From Auanema rhodensis (lineage: Eukaryota; Animalia; Nematoda), in assembly GCA_964057225.1 (NCBI GenBank), contig OZ059898.1, positions 8,494,001 through 8,558,000 of the forward strand: DNA of 64,000 bases, given 5' to 3'. Below the pieces are notes generated by a model. It saw only the letters and a program-made list of their open reading frames with translations. It did not search any database and was not told the origin of the DNA. Below are positions 41,601-58,900 of this stretch, piece after piece. A program made the position numbers and the translations under genes. The first letter of the stretch is position 1. Every line of letters starts with the position of its first letter.

Positions 41601-44600
41601 TCAGGGGGCTATTTTGTTTATTTTGTGTTTAAGATTTTTCTTCTGTTTGAATCAGTAGCTGTTGTTCTGTTTGCTAGTGAAATCAACAAGTTTCAAAGTA
41701 ACAACACAAAAAAAAGAAAAGCAGAGTATGATGTGTGACGTGTTGAAATGACGATACTACATCAATGTAGATTTACCTTTTAATTTGAAGAAACGTCTTG
41801 ATGATTGACAGAGAACCTTGATATGGAAAGAATATACGATTTGGTAGTTATGTCAATGAGAATCAGTAAGACAAAAATTAAAAAAAACAGCTGCATATTT
41901 GTCATTTTAAAGCTAAAGGATGAAAAAAAAATTATCGGAAATTATGAGATTCAACTCCAAGTTGACTTTTAAGAATTTCGAATATAGAAATACGAGAATA
42001 TTGGTCGAGCATTTGAATAATATTTTTGAAGTCAAGATAAGAAGAATAAGATGAAGAAGACTTAGACGATGAAAAAGGGAAAGACAAGAGTTTGAAACAC
42101 ATTCCAAAGATTTGAGTAGTTGTGAATGCAGGCCATAGTGAAGAAAAGATTAAGAAGCGTCAGTAAAGGACATCTTCTTTAGTATCAAAGATAAAATCGA
42201 AGATGGAGGTCCTCTGTTGACTCATTTGCATCAAAAGCCATCCCAGAATGGCTACTGATGAGGAATCTATCGACAACGGAAATGACAAGAAAACAGATTA
42301 AGAAAAGCATTGAAACACATGCATACATGTGTTTAGATGTATTCATACATCTCGGAAATATCTATTTTGCTAAAACAATGATTGAAACAAATCCAGAGAA
42401 CTTTGGTTATTTCATCAAACTATTCTTTCTACGAGGATTAGAATAGGATCAATCACTTTTAGTTTTAACAATGAGCCTCACAAGGAATTTTTTTCTTTTC
42501 TTTGTTTCATTTTTTCTTCGTTTTTTTTTCTGTTATACTTAATATTGCTAAAGCTTGTACTGATTTAAAAGAGAGATAAGGTACCGAAACTAAGTAAATG
42601 TCACTGAGCCAGATGATTAAAAAACCCAAAGTTCAATATTGATGTTAAACATCCTTTTCGAGAAAAATATTTCAACTGAAAAGCTTTATGGATTATATAT
42701 ATATGTGCGAGAGCTCCAAGTAAGATGGGATAACGCCTGAGGCTACGGCAAAGAGGTAGGGTGTGGACGCAAAAAACTTCGAAAGTTTAATAAAGCTTTT
42801 ATTAATGTAAAAACGTTCATTTCAATAATAACTTAGCATATAGCATCAAGAAATAAGTAAAATCAGAATTTAGTTGACAGAGGTTCTTTTTAATAATTTT
42901 TGCCAAAATATCTTTTTTTCAAAGTTTTATAGCGTTTACTTAGTTACCGATGATCATTTCCCTTACGGTTACTTTTATTTTTCGTTTTTCGTGTCCTGTA
43001 ACTCTCCCTTTTTTCATACTTTTTCTCCTTTTTTTTCCTCTTATCTTGCATTGAAAGTCTATTTTTCAAGTTGAAGCTCTACGAGACTAGTTCACGCCTC
43101 CTTGTCTTCATATATAACTCTATATATCTCTCTCTCCCTCTTCATTGCCATTTTATCTTTTTTCTTTTCTCTCTCTATTCATCAGAGTTTCTCTCTCTCG
43201 CACTCGTATTCTTCTCTATACTATCCTTATTCGCCGATGATGTCTTTGAAATTTCGATACTTCTTCATGAAAAAATGGCTTTTTAAAAACTTTTCAGCAT
43301 ACTGACCATTTGAAATTCAAGTTGAACATGTAAAAACTCAAGAGTATATTAGTTAACAATTCATGTTTTTCTTATATAATAGGTGTCAAAAGGTGACTAT
43401 TTTGAACTTTTAGCAATATTCAATCATGACTATGACGATATAATCTAGACCAAATACTCCGAATAGAAAGCAATACAAGAAAAACGTACCAAGTAGGCAA
43501 AAAAATAAAATCATTAACTATTAAATATATACAAAATTAAAAACAAAGATAAATGAGAAAGAAAAGGTCATTCATACTGATTCAAGGAATGTTTTCAACC
43601 ATTTGATAACTTGAAAAATAGGAGCTTTCGAAGAAAAAAACTTTAAAAGACTCTGATAATGATTTTGATTTTTGAAAGAGATGAGACTCAAAAAGAGAAA
43701 TCATGTAACAATTGGCAATAAATTCAAAGAAAGATTAGAAGATGTTCCATAAAGGTAGTGATTAATTTGTAATGAAAAGAAAACGAAAATGAAAGCTGAA
43801 ACAGTGTTATACAAGGATTCAAATCCAAAAATAGCAAATGCTGATGTTTGATCTTACTTTAAGGATTATGCCAAATTTATTAAAATAGAGAAATATATAA
43901 TAGTATGAAAGGAGGGAGGAAATGAGAGGTTGCAAAGGAGAGGATATCGAGAGAAATGGAGAAATGAGGGGACGTGAGGATAAGAAGACTGGAAACAGTG
44001 AAGACAATCGAAGTTCGAGTTTTGTTTTCATTTGTTGCCAAATCGAAAATCGTCCGGGCCAATTCCCCTCTGACCGTGATGGGGTCGACGTCGTGACTGG
44101 AGCAGGAGGAGTGAGGAAGACAAGAAAAGTCAGAAAGCTAAGGCGAATACAAATATATGTATATGTATGAGATACACACAAACGACATACACATACATCA
44201 ACTGAACCAAGATGGAATGTGAAGAAATAATGATGATGACATGAAGTGTATAATCATTTTGAAACACATTTTTCACCGAAGTAACGGTGTAGAAAAGGTT
44301 AACATCTCAAATAATGGAAATTGAAGATGAAAAGTAATTTTGATATCAGACTGTTCGCTATTTTTAAATTTTTAATAATAAATATCTAATATACTAGTAA
44401 TTTCATTCATAGCCTCAGCCGTTAAGCTTACTTCCGTTTTTCTCAGTTAAGATGTATGCAATTCAATCTTTATTCTTGGTTAATTGAAAAGAAAAAGAAA
44501 AACTGATGTCAAACAAAAGGAATAAATCGAATTATGAGAGATAGCTGGCGAATAACAAACCTTTTTTCTTTTTTTTTTCATAACTTGTTTCCTTAATTCA

Positions 44601-45617
44601 GCTTTATAATATATTGGCCATTCTGAAGCTATTAGTTTATATATGGAATGAGCGGTTGAACGAAAATCTAACTTAGCACACAATTAATTTTTCCTAATCT
44701 TGCAATTTCATGATTTCCAGTATGAAACCAAATGTGCTTTATTCATTATTCATTTTACAATTACTACTTGTATAACCAATTCTGTACTGCCTATGGGCAA
44801 CTGTTCCTAATTTGACACATGTTATGATCTATCCAGACGATTGAAATGCTGCCAATCCTTAGAATTGGCTGCACTTCCGCCCTGGGGACCAATTGTCGCC
44901 GTTTGTCGCACTTTTTGTTCGACAATCCATCACTGTCTCCATCTTCATCATTACATCCAATAATTTTTAAAGAGATCTACCCATTGTAAATGTAGTAACA
45001 CGGAGGAGTTTACTTCATTCAGTGGTTACGCAATATGTTATGAGTTTTTGGCCGCATCAACTTAAGTATAAAAGCAACTGTTCGGTGAGTTCATATTAAA
45101 AAAACTTATAAATAAGTTTATATATATATATATATATATAGCTATTAAGAGTACGATTTATTAATTGTTCACGAGGTGGCCTCCACAACACCGCAATCAC
45201 AGAACATTTTGACAAAATGTTAAAAAGTTATTACAAATTCTTTTTTTAAATGTTCTAAAAGCTTTGAAATAAAAAATTATCTAGTACAGTCAAAAGACTA
45301 TGCATCCCGTAAGTTAAAAGCTTATCGTTATAATACAAACTCGAAGCACACTCTGAAGCCTGGATAAGAAATAATAATCAGTAAGGCAAGCAAGCTTTAG
45401 AGAGGTTAGAGTAAATCATCTCATATAATTCAAGCTCATTTGATGAGATGGTTAGTTGAGAATTCAAATTAAAATATTTACAATATTATAAAACATAAAT
45501 TGATGCCTATACAACCTAGAAGCCACTCAGCAATTAAAAGAAACTTGCTTAAAATCTCTAAGCGATTTGACCTGACTTGAAAGCAATACAGAAGTAGTAC
45601 ATAGCGAAGAACTCATT

Positions 45618-48153
45618 TTAGAAACAATCGTCATACGGATCTCCTCCATGCTTCGCCATGGGCGAATTGTTTTGACGGGGATTGGGTTGTCTGAAAAGAA
45701 TCGAATAATTATTAATAGATCTATGTTGATACATCACACAATGAATTTGAATACAAATTAAAAAATGAAGTGAAGGGGTTGCGCTGTGTTTAGTGAAAAA
45801 CAAGCAAACTCTTATAATAAGCTTAGGACTGTAGTAAACTCCAGCCACTTACCGGTCTGTGTCTCCCTATTTCTGTATAATTTATTGTTGTTATTAATTT
45901 ACAATTATTCTCGTTTTCGTAGAAAATGCAAAAAAAGAAACATACATTTTTGTTGGAATAGGTATAGCCGTCCTACGTGGAAGCCTTGAAGGACCGGGAA
46001 TACGAGAGTTTGGAGTTGATGAAGGAATACTTTTATTAAGAACTGCTATGTCAACGGATTTACTACTAGCTAGAGATCCCGCCGAAGAATGAGGGCTCAT
46101 CTAAAAAAAGATTATATGTTGTTCAAAACTTTTTTCTTACATGAGAAATATTCGGATCACCTTGCCATGAGTATTTCCTTTCGCTGTTAAGATTTTTCAC
46201 AGCTTGTCGAAGAGCTAGAATCAAATATATTTATAAAAGCTCATATATTGGGACTTTTACCGTCTTCTTGTTGTTGAGCTAGAGATGTAACATGTTGCAA
46301 ATCTCTATTTAACTCTTCCCGAAGAATTGGCGAAGCTCTTGAAACTGGGCGTGAGCTATTTGCCTGCAAATTAATAAATGAATTACATTTTAACAATAAT
46401 TGTACAGACGTCTAATGAATTCCTACTGGAATTTCTTTCATTAGGGGATATTTGAACATTATTAGGTGAAATACTAAGCGTATTAGATTTCTGAAAAAAA
46501 AAACATATAAATGTGATAAAGTGAATCAAGTCGTTCAAAATAAATATTAACAAAAGCCAAAAATATAACATAGCATTAGTGTTAATTATATAGTAATTAG
46601 TTAAGTTAATCACCATAACCCGAGGATTGCGAGGTAAGCGAAGATCTGACGGAGTAGGTTTTAGTAAAGCCGAATAATGACTTCGTGATAAAGCCTGCTC
46701 CCCAAGCGATCGACGTAAAGTACCATTACGTGATGAGAGTGGTGTTGATATTAATTTCTATATTATTAATATATTAGTAAAAACGTTGTTAGAACTTTGT
46801 TAACAGAAATATTTTATAATACTTACAACTTCCTCCGATTTTCTTGTGTTAATTGGTTCAGCTTTTGCAATTGATGTAATTGGACGTGGGCTGACGGATG
46901 AAGATCTGAATGAAAAAAATTCCAATATATAATGCATACTTATAAAGCTCAGCTACCTAGCTTGACGGGCTACTGTAGGTTTTAGATTTGATATAGGGTT
47001 GGGAATTTCTTCTTCATCAACCTTTATTAAAGACTGAGTCATTCCTGTTCTAACACACGACTGCCCTGAAGAAAATTATGAAATATTGCTTGTGCATATA
47101 TTGGTTGATAATAAAATTATGTTTCAATGATGAACAGATGTGGTTCTCATGCTACACCAAAACGACAAAAATCAACAAAACAACATCAAAAATACCCGAA
47201 CTCATGAATCCCCTTCATTATAAGAAAAGGTAAAAACTAACCATTTTCATTTCTGCCTGCTATAATGGATTCAATACTGCTAAATGAAGCTGTCAGAGAA
47301 ATGGCTTCAATAGCTTCGTCAGAGAAATCGTCTTCGGCATCATAAAACACCTCATCCTCATTCTCACAGGCAATTGCTAGATTTTCTAGCATAGAGGTGC
47401 AATCGTTGCTTGATATAGGAGATAACATTGAAATAAGCATCTGCCGTTTTCTCTCCTTCCCCTTTTCAACAAGAGTGGACTTAGGAGTTGAAGAAAAGGG
47501 GAACGCAACTTGGGGCTCTACAGTGTCCATAGAAGGTGACACTTGCGACGTAGGCAAAGAGAATAAAACATTCTTGTTGGAGCTAACATTTTTTGAAAAT
47601 CCAGCTATAGAGCTATTCTCAGTTTCAATGGAAACGCCTAATCCTGAGGATATATCTCTTGAAAATGATGATTCATCACAAGCAGATGAACCTGATGGGC
47701 TCTCCTCTTTTACAGAAGCTAACGATGACATACGCTCCAAAGTAGCTGAAAAGAAATAAACTAGCTACACATCACAACACAACAAAAATCCAATGGTATG
47801 TTAGATAATATCTCAAGTTCGGGTTAATTATGATGTGATGTTAAAAAATAAGTAAAAACAACACAATAAGTGCAAAGAAAAGCAAACAAAATAATCATGC
47901 AAAATTAAAGACTACATGCCTACCCACCTCTCTTTTTCGTATATTTTGCTATTTTCTTCGATAAAGTTGCCGCACTATCAGATAATTTAACATCTCCCAG
48001 ATATTCTTTAATATCAAACGGTTTGGATGATTGGACAGCAACCTTAAAAAACAAATCAATAACACTCTAATTGTTATAATGGCTTACATCTTTAACACTT
48101 GGAGTTAGCCAACAATCTTCATCATCGTCAAAATCAAGTCCAAACGATGTCAT
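45618..48153 (-). CDS. Ser-rich disordered protein, SLAIN-like microtubule plus-end tracker
   Basis: Starts MTSFGLDFDDDEDCWL. Contains DLQHVTSLAQQQED|ALRQ across a junction and clustered SRIP/SRLP/TAIP motifs. Ends GDPYDDCF*. Exons mostly join with GT-AG. Confidence 0.6.
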
Positions 48154-48618
48154 TTATTAAATGTTAATCACAAATATTAAAACAAAACTATGGATAAAAT
48201 CAGGAATTTGTGTTTAGTAATTTAGCAAGGCGCTGTGCAAATGCGTGAAGAAGACACGCGCCCAACTGCACACTTTTTGCGCCTTCCTAAACCTTGTATG
48301 ATGAATCAACTAACTCTTTAAGTATCATTTGTTCTATTTTCTTCCTTATCTTCATTAATTACAATGTCTGAAAAATATTTTCGATATTTAATGATAAGGG
48401 AAAAGCTTATCATTGTTTGTATATTTCAACATGTACATGGATGCACATGAAATGCGCCAGTGAAAGAGAAAATTCATGAAAATAACAAATTTGAAACAGC
48501 AATCGTTTCTAACGTATTCATATCATATATATTGTAGAAAGAACTATATCGAAGAAAATTGTTGGATTCCTGTTACATAACTAAATTGTGTTATATTAAT
48601 CTCATATCAACTTTTAAG

Positions 48619-49937
48619 ATGCCTGACTATGAACGTTATGACAGCGTGCTACTGTCGTTAGCTCAGCAAATGCCTGGAGGGGTGCCAGAATTTTTTGATG
48701 TGCTATTCAACTTCCTTTCTAGGTAACGCTTGTACCAAAAAGATAGAAAACCTGTTTGCAATCTTTAGGAAAACCGACTTTTATACTGGAGCTGGCATTG
48801 ACGAGGCCAAATCCATGGTCATGAAATACTTTGATAAGCATGGAGCTGAAGCTAAAAAATTAGCCGAAGAAAAGAAGAGAGCGAAAGAAGAGCAAGAGGA
48901 AAAATTGCGTCAAAAACGTTTGGCTGAGAAGGAAAAGGAGAAAGAAATGTTTAAGGTTTACATTTTTCTAGATGATTTTAATCCAATTAATCTTAGTTTG
49001 ATGAGTCCAAAGTGGTGGAAATTACTGATGAAGAGTTCGAGGCTTTAAATAAGAAAAAGTAATTTAAAATATGAGCTACTATTGACTATAAAATATGCCT
49101 AGGCAACAAGAGGAAAAGATGGAAACAGCTCCCGCTACCTCTTCAACCGCTGAAAAGGAGAATACAGAAGACAAAGAAAATGGAGAAACAGAAAATAAGG
49201 GCATAAAGCCTAATTCCGGAAATGGAGGAGATATGGAAAACTACCAGTGGACACAGAATTTAGAAGAACTTGAAGTAAATTTTTATTTCTTTTTTGAACT
49301 GTAACTCTACATTTTCCAGATAAAAGTTCCGTTCAAAGTTAATTTTCCCTTAAAGTCCAAGGATATTGATATTAGAATCCAGAAAACTCATCTATATGTA
49401 GGACTTAAAGGACATCCACCTGTTATTAATGGTGATCTCAAAGCTGCTGTATGTTTTGTCATATATTTAATTGTTAAAGCTAATTTCTAGGTGAAAGTTG
49501 AAACATCTACTTGGGTATTGGATAACAAGAAGGCTGTAGTTTTAACTTTAGAAAAAGTTTGTAACCTAATTTCATAACCGTAATTTATCACAATGCAGGT
49601 TAAAAATATGGAGTGGTGGTCAAACGTTATTGTTGGCGATCCGGAAATTGATACCAAGAGCGTGCAGCCTGAAAATTCCAAGCTATCCGATTTGGATGGA
49701 GAAACCAGAGCAATGGTAGTTTTTTCATATGAATTCGCATGGAATAGCGCTGTTTTAGGTTGAAAAGATGATGTATGATCAAAGACAAAAGGAGCTTGGC
49801 CTACCCACAAGTGAAGAAAAAAAGAAACAAGATATTCTTCAAAAGTAATTTATTTTTTATTTTTTCTGATCTTATATTTATGTAGATTCATGGCTCAACA
49901 TCCCGAAATGGATTTCTCCCAAGCTAAGATGAATTAA
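48619..49937 (+). CDS. nud-1: Nuclear distribution protein NudC
   Basis: [28 protein letters not shown]|KTDFYTG; [16 protein letters not shown] (CS domain); [16 protein letters not shown]|[11 protein letters not shown]; [14 protein letters not shown]. Confidence 0.95.
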
Positions 49938-50288
49938 TCCAGTGATTTCAAAACTTTGTTCCGTTCAAAATCATCTCTTAAAGTTGTTATTTTTTATGTT
50001 TTCAAATAAAATATTTTACACGTATATTGTAGCTCTTTATACCAAGTATACATTAAAGTATCTGATCTAGATATCATCTCATCATTTGGCGCGTAGTGTC
50101 CAATACGTGATAAACAGCCGACGTACTTTGTACCGTGATTTTTAAAGTCATTGGTTCGGCGCTGTTTCTTAGAATCAGTTCCCACTGCCACTGCGCTTAT
50201 CCTTATTCTTATTCTCTTTTCCGTTACCTCTCATTTGTTATTCACTATTTTAATATCTATTTCTTTCAGGTTCTTGTTCCAGCTCGAA

Positions 50289-51793
50289 ATGTCCAAGTCT
50301 GGTAAGATTGATCCGAAAAATATTCCTTTTTGATAACCGTTTGTTTCAGGTGTATTTATTGTTGGAGCTAAGCGTACTGCTTTTGGAACTTTTGGTGGTA
50401 AATTGAAGAATCACTCTGCTACTGACCTTGGTGTTCTCGCCACAACTGCTGCTCTTAATCACGCAGGAGTTAAGCCCGAGAAAGTTGATCATGTGATATT
50501 TGGTTGGTATTTATCAAATTTTATTTTTTTGATATTGTTTACTTGAAGGTAATGTTGTTGCTTCCTCTAAGGACGGAATTTACCTTACCCGTCACATTGG
50601 ATTGAAGTCTGGGGTTCCACAGAATGTTGGCGCTTTAACAGTTAATAGACTTTGCGGATCCGGATTCCAAGCTGTTGTTAATGCTGCACAGGTCTTTCAG
50701 TTTAATTATAAATAAAAAATTTTGTTTTGCAGCAAATCAAGCTTGGCGAGTCTTCTCTTGTAGTTGCTGGAGGATCTGAAAATATGTCTCAAGTACCTTT
50801 TGCCGTGAGAAATATTCGATTTGGAACTGGACTTGGCCAAAAATACGAGGTATTCTATTATCTATTAAATGCGATTTCCTTATAAAATTTATAGTTCGAA
50901 GATATGCTGTGGGAGTCTTTATCTGATCCATATGCTAAATTGGCTATGGGACAAACTGCCGAAAAGCTTGGAGCTCAATATAAGATTACCAGAGCTGATG
51001 CTGATGAATTTGCTCTTCGCTCTCAAACACTTTGGAAGAAGTCTAATGAAGCTGGAATCTACAAAAATGAAATTTCTCCAATTACTTTAAAGGGAAGAAA
51101 GGGAGAAGAGACTTTCGATGTTAGTAACTGTTCGTAGTACAAGTTGCAACATTTTTTGATTGTAGGTAGATGAGCACCCTAGACCAACCACTGCAGAGTC
51201 ATTGGCAAAGCTCAGACCAGTTTTCCAAAAAGACGGACTTATTAATGCTGGAAATGCATCTGTTGGTTTTATTCACTATCTTAATAAATATTTTTTTATT
51301 ATTTCAGGGTATATCCGATGGAGCTGCTGCTCTAGTGGTCGCCGGAGAACAAGCTTGTTCCCAAAACGGATTGAAGCCACTCGCACGTGTTGTTGGATAC
51401 GCTGCTGTGGGATGTGACCCAACTATTATGGGAATTGGACCAGCACCAGCAATTCGTCAAGTTCTTCAACAAACTGGTGTTAAGTTGGAAGATATTGATA
51501 TCATTGAGGTATCAAATTCCGAAATAAATATGAATCTATTTATTTGCTTCAAGGTCAACGAGGCTTTCGCCCCACAAGTTCTTGCTGTTCAACGTGATCT
51601 TGGTTTCCCTCTTGAAAAAGTCAACGTTAATGGAGGAGCCATCGCTTTGGGACATCCTCTTGGTGCATCAGGTGCCAGAATCAGTGTTCACATTGTTCAT
51701 GAGCTCAAGAGACGCAACGTTAGATACGGAATCGGATCTGCTTGCATTGGAGGAGGACAAGGAATTGCTATTCTTTTCGAAAATGTCAACTAA
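50289..51793 (+). CDS. acaa-2: 3-ketoacyl-CoA thiolase, mitochondrial (ACAA2)
   Basis: [16 protein letters not shown]; [10 protein letters not shown]; NEAFA; [17 protein letters not shown]; ACIGGGQG. Confidence 0.95.
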
Positions 51794-51882
51794 ATTTTAT
51801 TGTAAATATTATAGTATGTTGGCTTGTACTAAAACTTCATTTCCAAAACTTAAAATAAAATATATACAGAGATCTTCAAAAA

Positions 51883-55777
<3,895 letters not shown>

Positions 55778-55969
55778 CTTCAAGAATTAAACAGTTTACG
55801 TTCAATCCATAATTGAATTTAAAACACTAATCGAAATCGAAATAAAGATTCTCAAAGTAAAAATTAAATATTTATTAAGGCACTTCTAACAAAACAATGT
55901 ACAATAACAATAATTCTACGGAACACGTGACCGATATAGCAACAACTATACAATAATCTAATGACCAAA

Positions 55970-58900
55970 CTATGCAATTGTATACACTTTTGGCTTGACC
56001 AAATATCTAAATGAGCGTTTAGCCAAGGAACCTCGTGAAAATTTATGTCTGGAATAAGAAATGTTAGTTCACTATTAAAATTTAAAAGAAAACCTCAATC
56101 TCTTTGTATAACTTTTTCCAACAACGCTCTCTACTTCATTTCTATATCGCATTGCTACCTCAACTACATTTATAGGATCATCAGATATATTTGTTTGAAG
56201 AGTGAGATCAGTGCTAAATAATAACGAATAAAAAAATTATACATCAATATAATATCTAACCTTTTAGCACACTTATCTCTTAAACGATAATTTTCTTTTT
56301 CGAAGTCTTTCAATGATATAGTATTTACCTTATCACCGAAGAAGAACATTCTGAAAAAACAGAACAATTAAAACAATTTATCCAAAATTACAAACCTATC
56401 AGATGTTAAACCCCAAAGACGTAAAAGACCGTTTCTGGCAGCCATATCAATAGCAACTTCGATTGATTCTCCACTACCTAAATGATAATATCAAGTTATT
56501 TGATTGCGAATATATAAATCAACTCACTTTCCCCAACAATTTCGTTTTTGTCTTGGAAGATACCAACAACATACACAGGTTGGGCCGAATTTACACCTGC
56601 TGACCTAAGAATTCTTGGCTCAATCTAAAAATCTTCTTATCATTAATAATTTGAAGTGAATATCCATACTTCGACAGATCCATCAGATTTGAGCAAATCT
56701 GTCAAAACAGATAAAGGATTAGTTAATGGATAAACGTCAGCAAAATCAACATCCAGTAGTTGGGGAATAACGAAATTGAATACAATTTGTTGAACCTTTT
56801 CTTCACTCAATGTACCACAAAGGGCCCGGAAAGAAGATGCAATCGATACAATTGATGGTGGATGTTCTCCAGTCCTAACAAGGACATCAATGCCTTTAAT
56901 TTTTTACATAAAAAAAAAATTCTATAAGAAAAAAATTTACCCAGATGGCGAGCAATATCAGCAAGAATATCATCAGCCGTCAAATCAGAACAAACAGCTT
57001 CGATAACTTCTTCTGGAGCATTAGGTAATTGGGAACGAAGATAACCTTTTAAAACTTTAGATATATTCGTTACTCCTTAAATAAAAACAATAAGACCAAG
57101 TTCTACACAATTTTAACGACGAACCCGTATTTGACAGTTCTACATTACTCTCTAAGCTATGAGTTTCATCGTTATTGGGAGAATATGCTTGGGACTCAAC
57201 ATCTTTACGAGATGAAAAAGATTCCGTGGTTAAAGCCTAAACATTATTTGTCGGTACTAGAAGGATTTGGCATTCTGCCAACCTGAACAAGTATGTCAGC
57301 TGGTATCTCTGGAACACCTATCCTATGGCCAAAAGCATATAGTTCAGAGGAGTAGTTCCTGGAAGAAAGATGTTTAAGCAAATTCTCCACATACTCTACG
57401 TTAAAAATCTTTACTGATTTGGGTGTGCACGTAAGATTTATATATGGAAACTATAAAAATTATATTTATCGGAATAAAAAGAATAGAAAATCTGTAGAAA
57501 AATACCACATTGTTGAACACTATGCTTTAAGATTCCCGAACATCGGCTACCTAAACACCGTATAAACAAAATGGCACTCCTAATTGTTAAAGAGAAAACA
57601 TATACATTAACATTTAAACGGATGTAAAGCTACTCTAACAACAATCTAGGTCGTGTTTCACACTTAATTACAATTATAGAAATCTCTACATGCGGAACAC
57701 TCCAAATTTAGTCTCAGGAATGGGCTTCTGTAAAGTGGCACGCAAAGCCAGACCAACAACCTTGCGAGTATCCTTAGGATCAATGACTCCATCATCCCAA
57801 AGACGAGCAGAAGCAAAGTATGGATGTCCTTCGGCTTCAAACTTTTGCTCGACTGGACGACGAAGAGCTACATCTTCTGCCTAAACAAACGGATTTTGAG
57901 GCAGAACTGTCATTATGTCCTAACCTCGGTCCATTCTTTGCCTTCTCTCTTTCTCTTATCCTTCTGTACTGTCGCAAGAACATTAGCAGCTTGCTCTCCA
58001 CCCATAACAGAAATACGAGAATTTGGCCACATGAAGAGGAACCGTGGACTATAACAGAAAGAGTGAAAACTTGTTTATAAAGGAATGGATACCTATAACC
58101 ACGACCACACATTCCATAATTCCCTGCTCCATAAGATCCGCCAATAAGAACGGTAATCTTAGGAACAGAAGCACAAGCAACAGCAGTTACAAGCTTTGCT
58201 CCGTTCTTAGCAATACCTCCAGCCTCAGCATCACGACCAACCTAATAATTTCTATTACACTATGCGCAGAGACAAAACCTTCTACCATAAAACCAGTAAT
58301 GTTTTGAAGGAATAAAAGAGGTATTTTTCTTTGACAACATAGTTCAATAAAGTGTGCACCCTTTACAGCAGATTCAGAAAACAGAACACCATTATTAGCC
58401 AAAATACCCACTTTTTGACCATAAACAGTAGCAAAACCTATGAACAAACAATAATAAGCAAATTACGATATCTACGCACCAGTAACTAAAGTTTCTCCAT
58501 AACGCTCTTTGAATTCGTCAAAACGGGAACCATCTACAACCCTAGCGATGACCTCTTTAACATCGAAAGTTTTCTTCAAATTAGCTCCTACGATTCCGTA
58601 GAGTTCTTTTGCTGGGTACAACGGTTCATCAGCTAAACATCGTACTTCACATGAATGCTTTAGTGTGAAAAGCAAACCATTAACGTTGAAAGTTCCAGAG
58701 CCTAGCTCATCAGGGAACCCAGCGACGGCGTTGCGAGCAAGAGAAAGAGCATGATCATCATTCAAAGCATAATAATCAGTAACTCCAGATTCCGAACAAT
58801 GTAGATCGGCTCCGCCGAGAGCTTCAGCAGAAATCTAAAAAAAAAATCTAGTTCTATTTCCCCGATAATCCTCACTTCCTCTCCAGTGGCAGCCTTTACA

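Noticed and set aside
42236-42290. Hairpin followed by CTGATGAG...GAAA (hammerhead-like)
   Set aside because: Stems II and III cannot be formed.
45045-45100. GGCCGC followed by TATAAAA (snRNA/Pol III promoter-like)
   Set aside because: The downstream sequence is a low-complexity AT run with no recognisable RNA gene.
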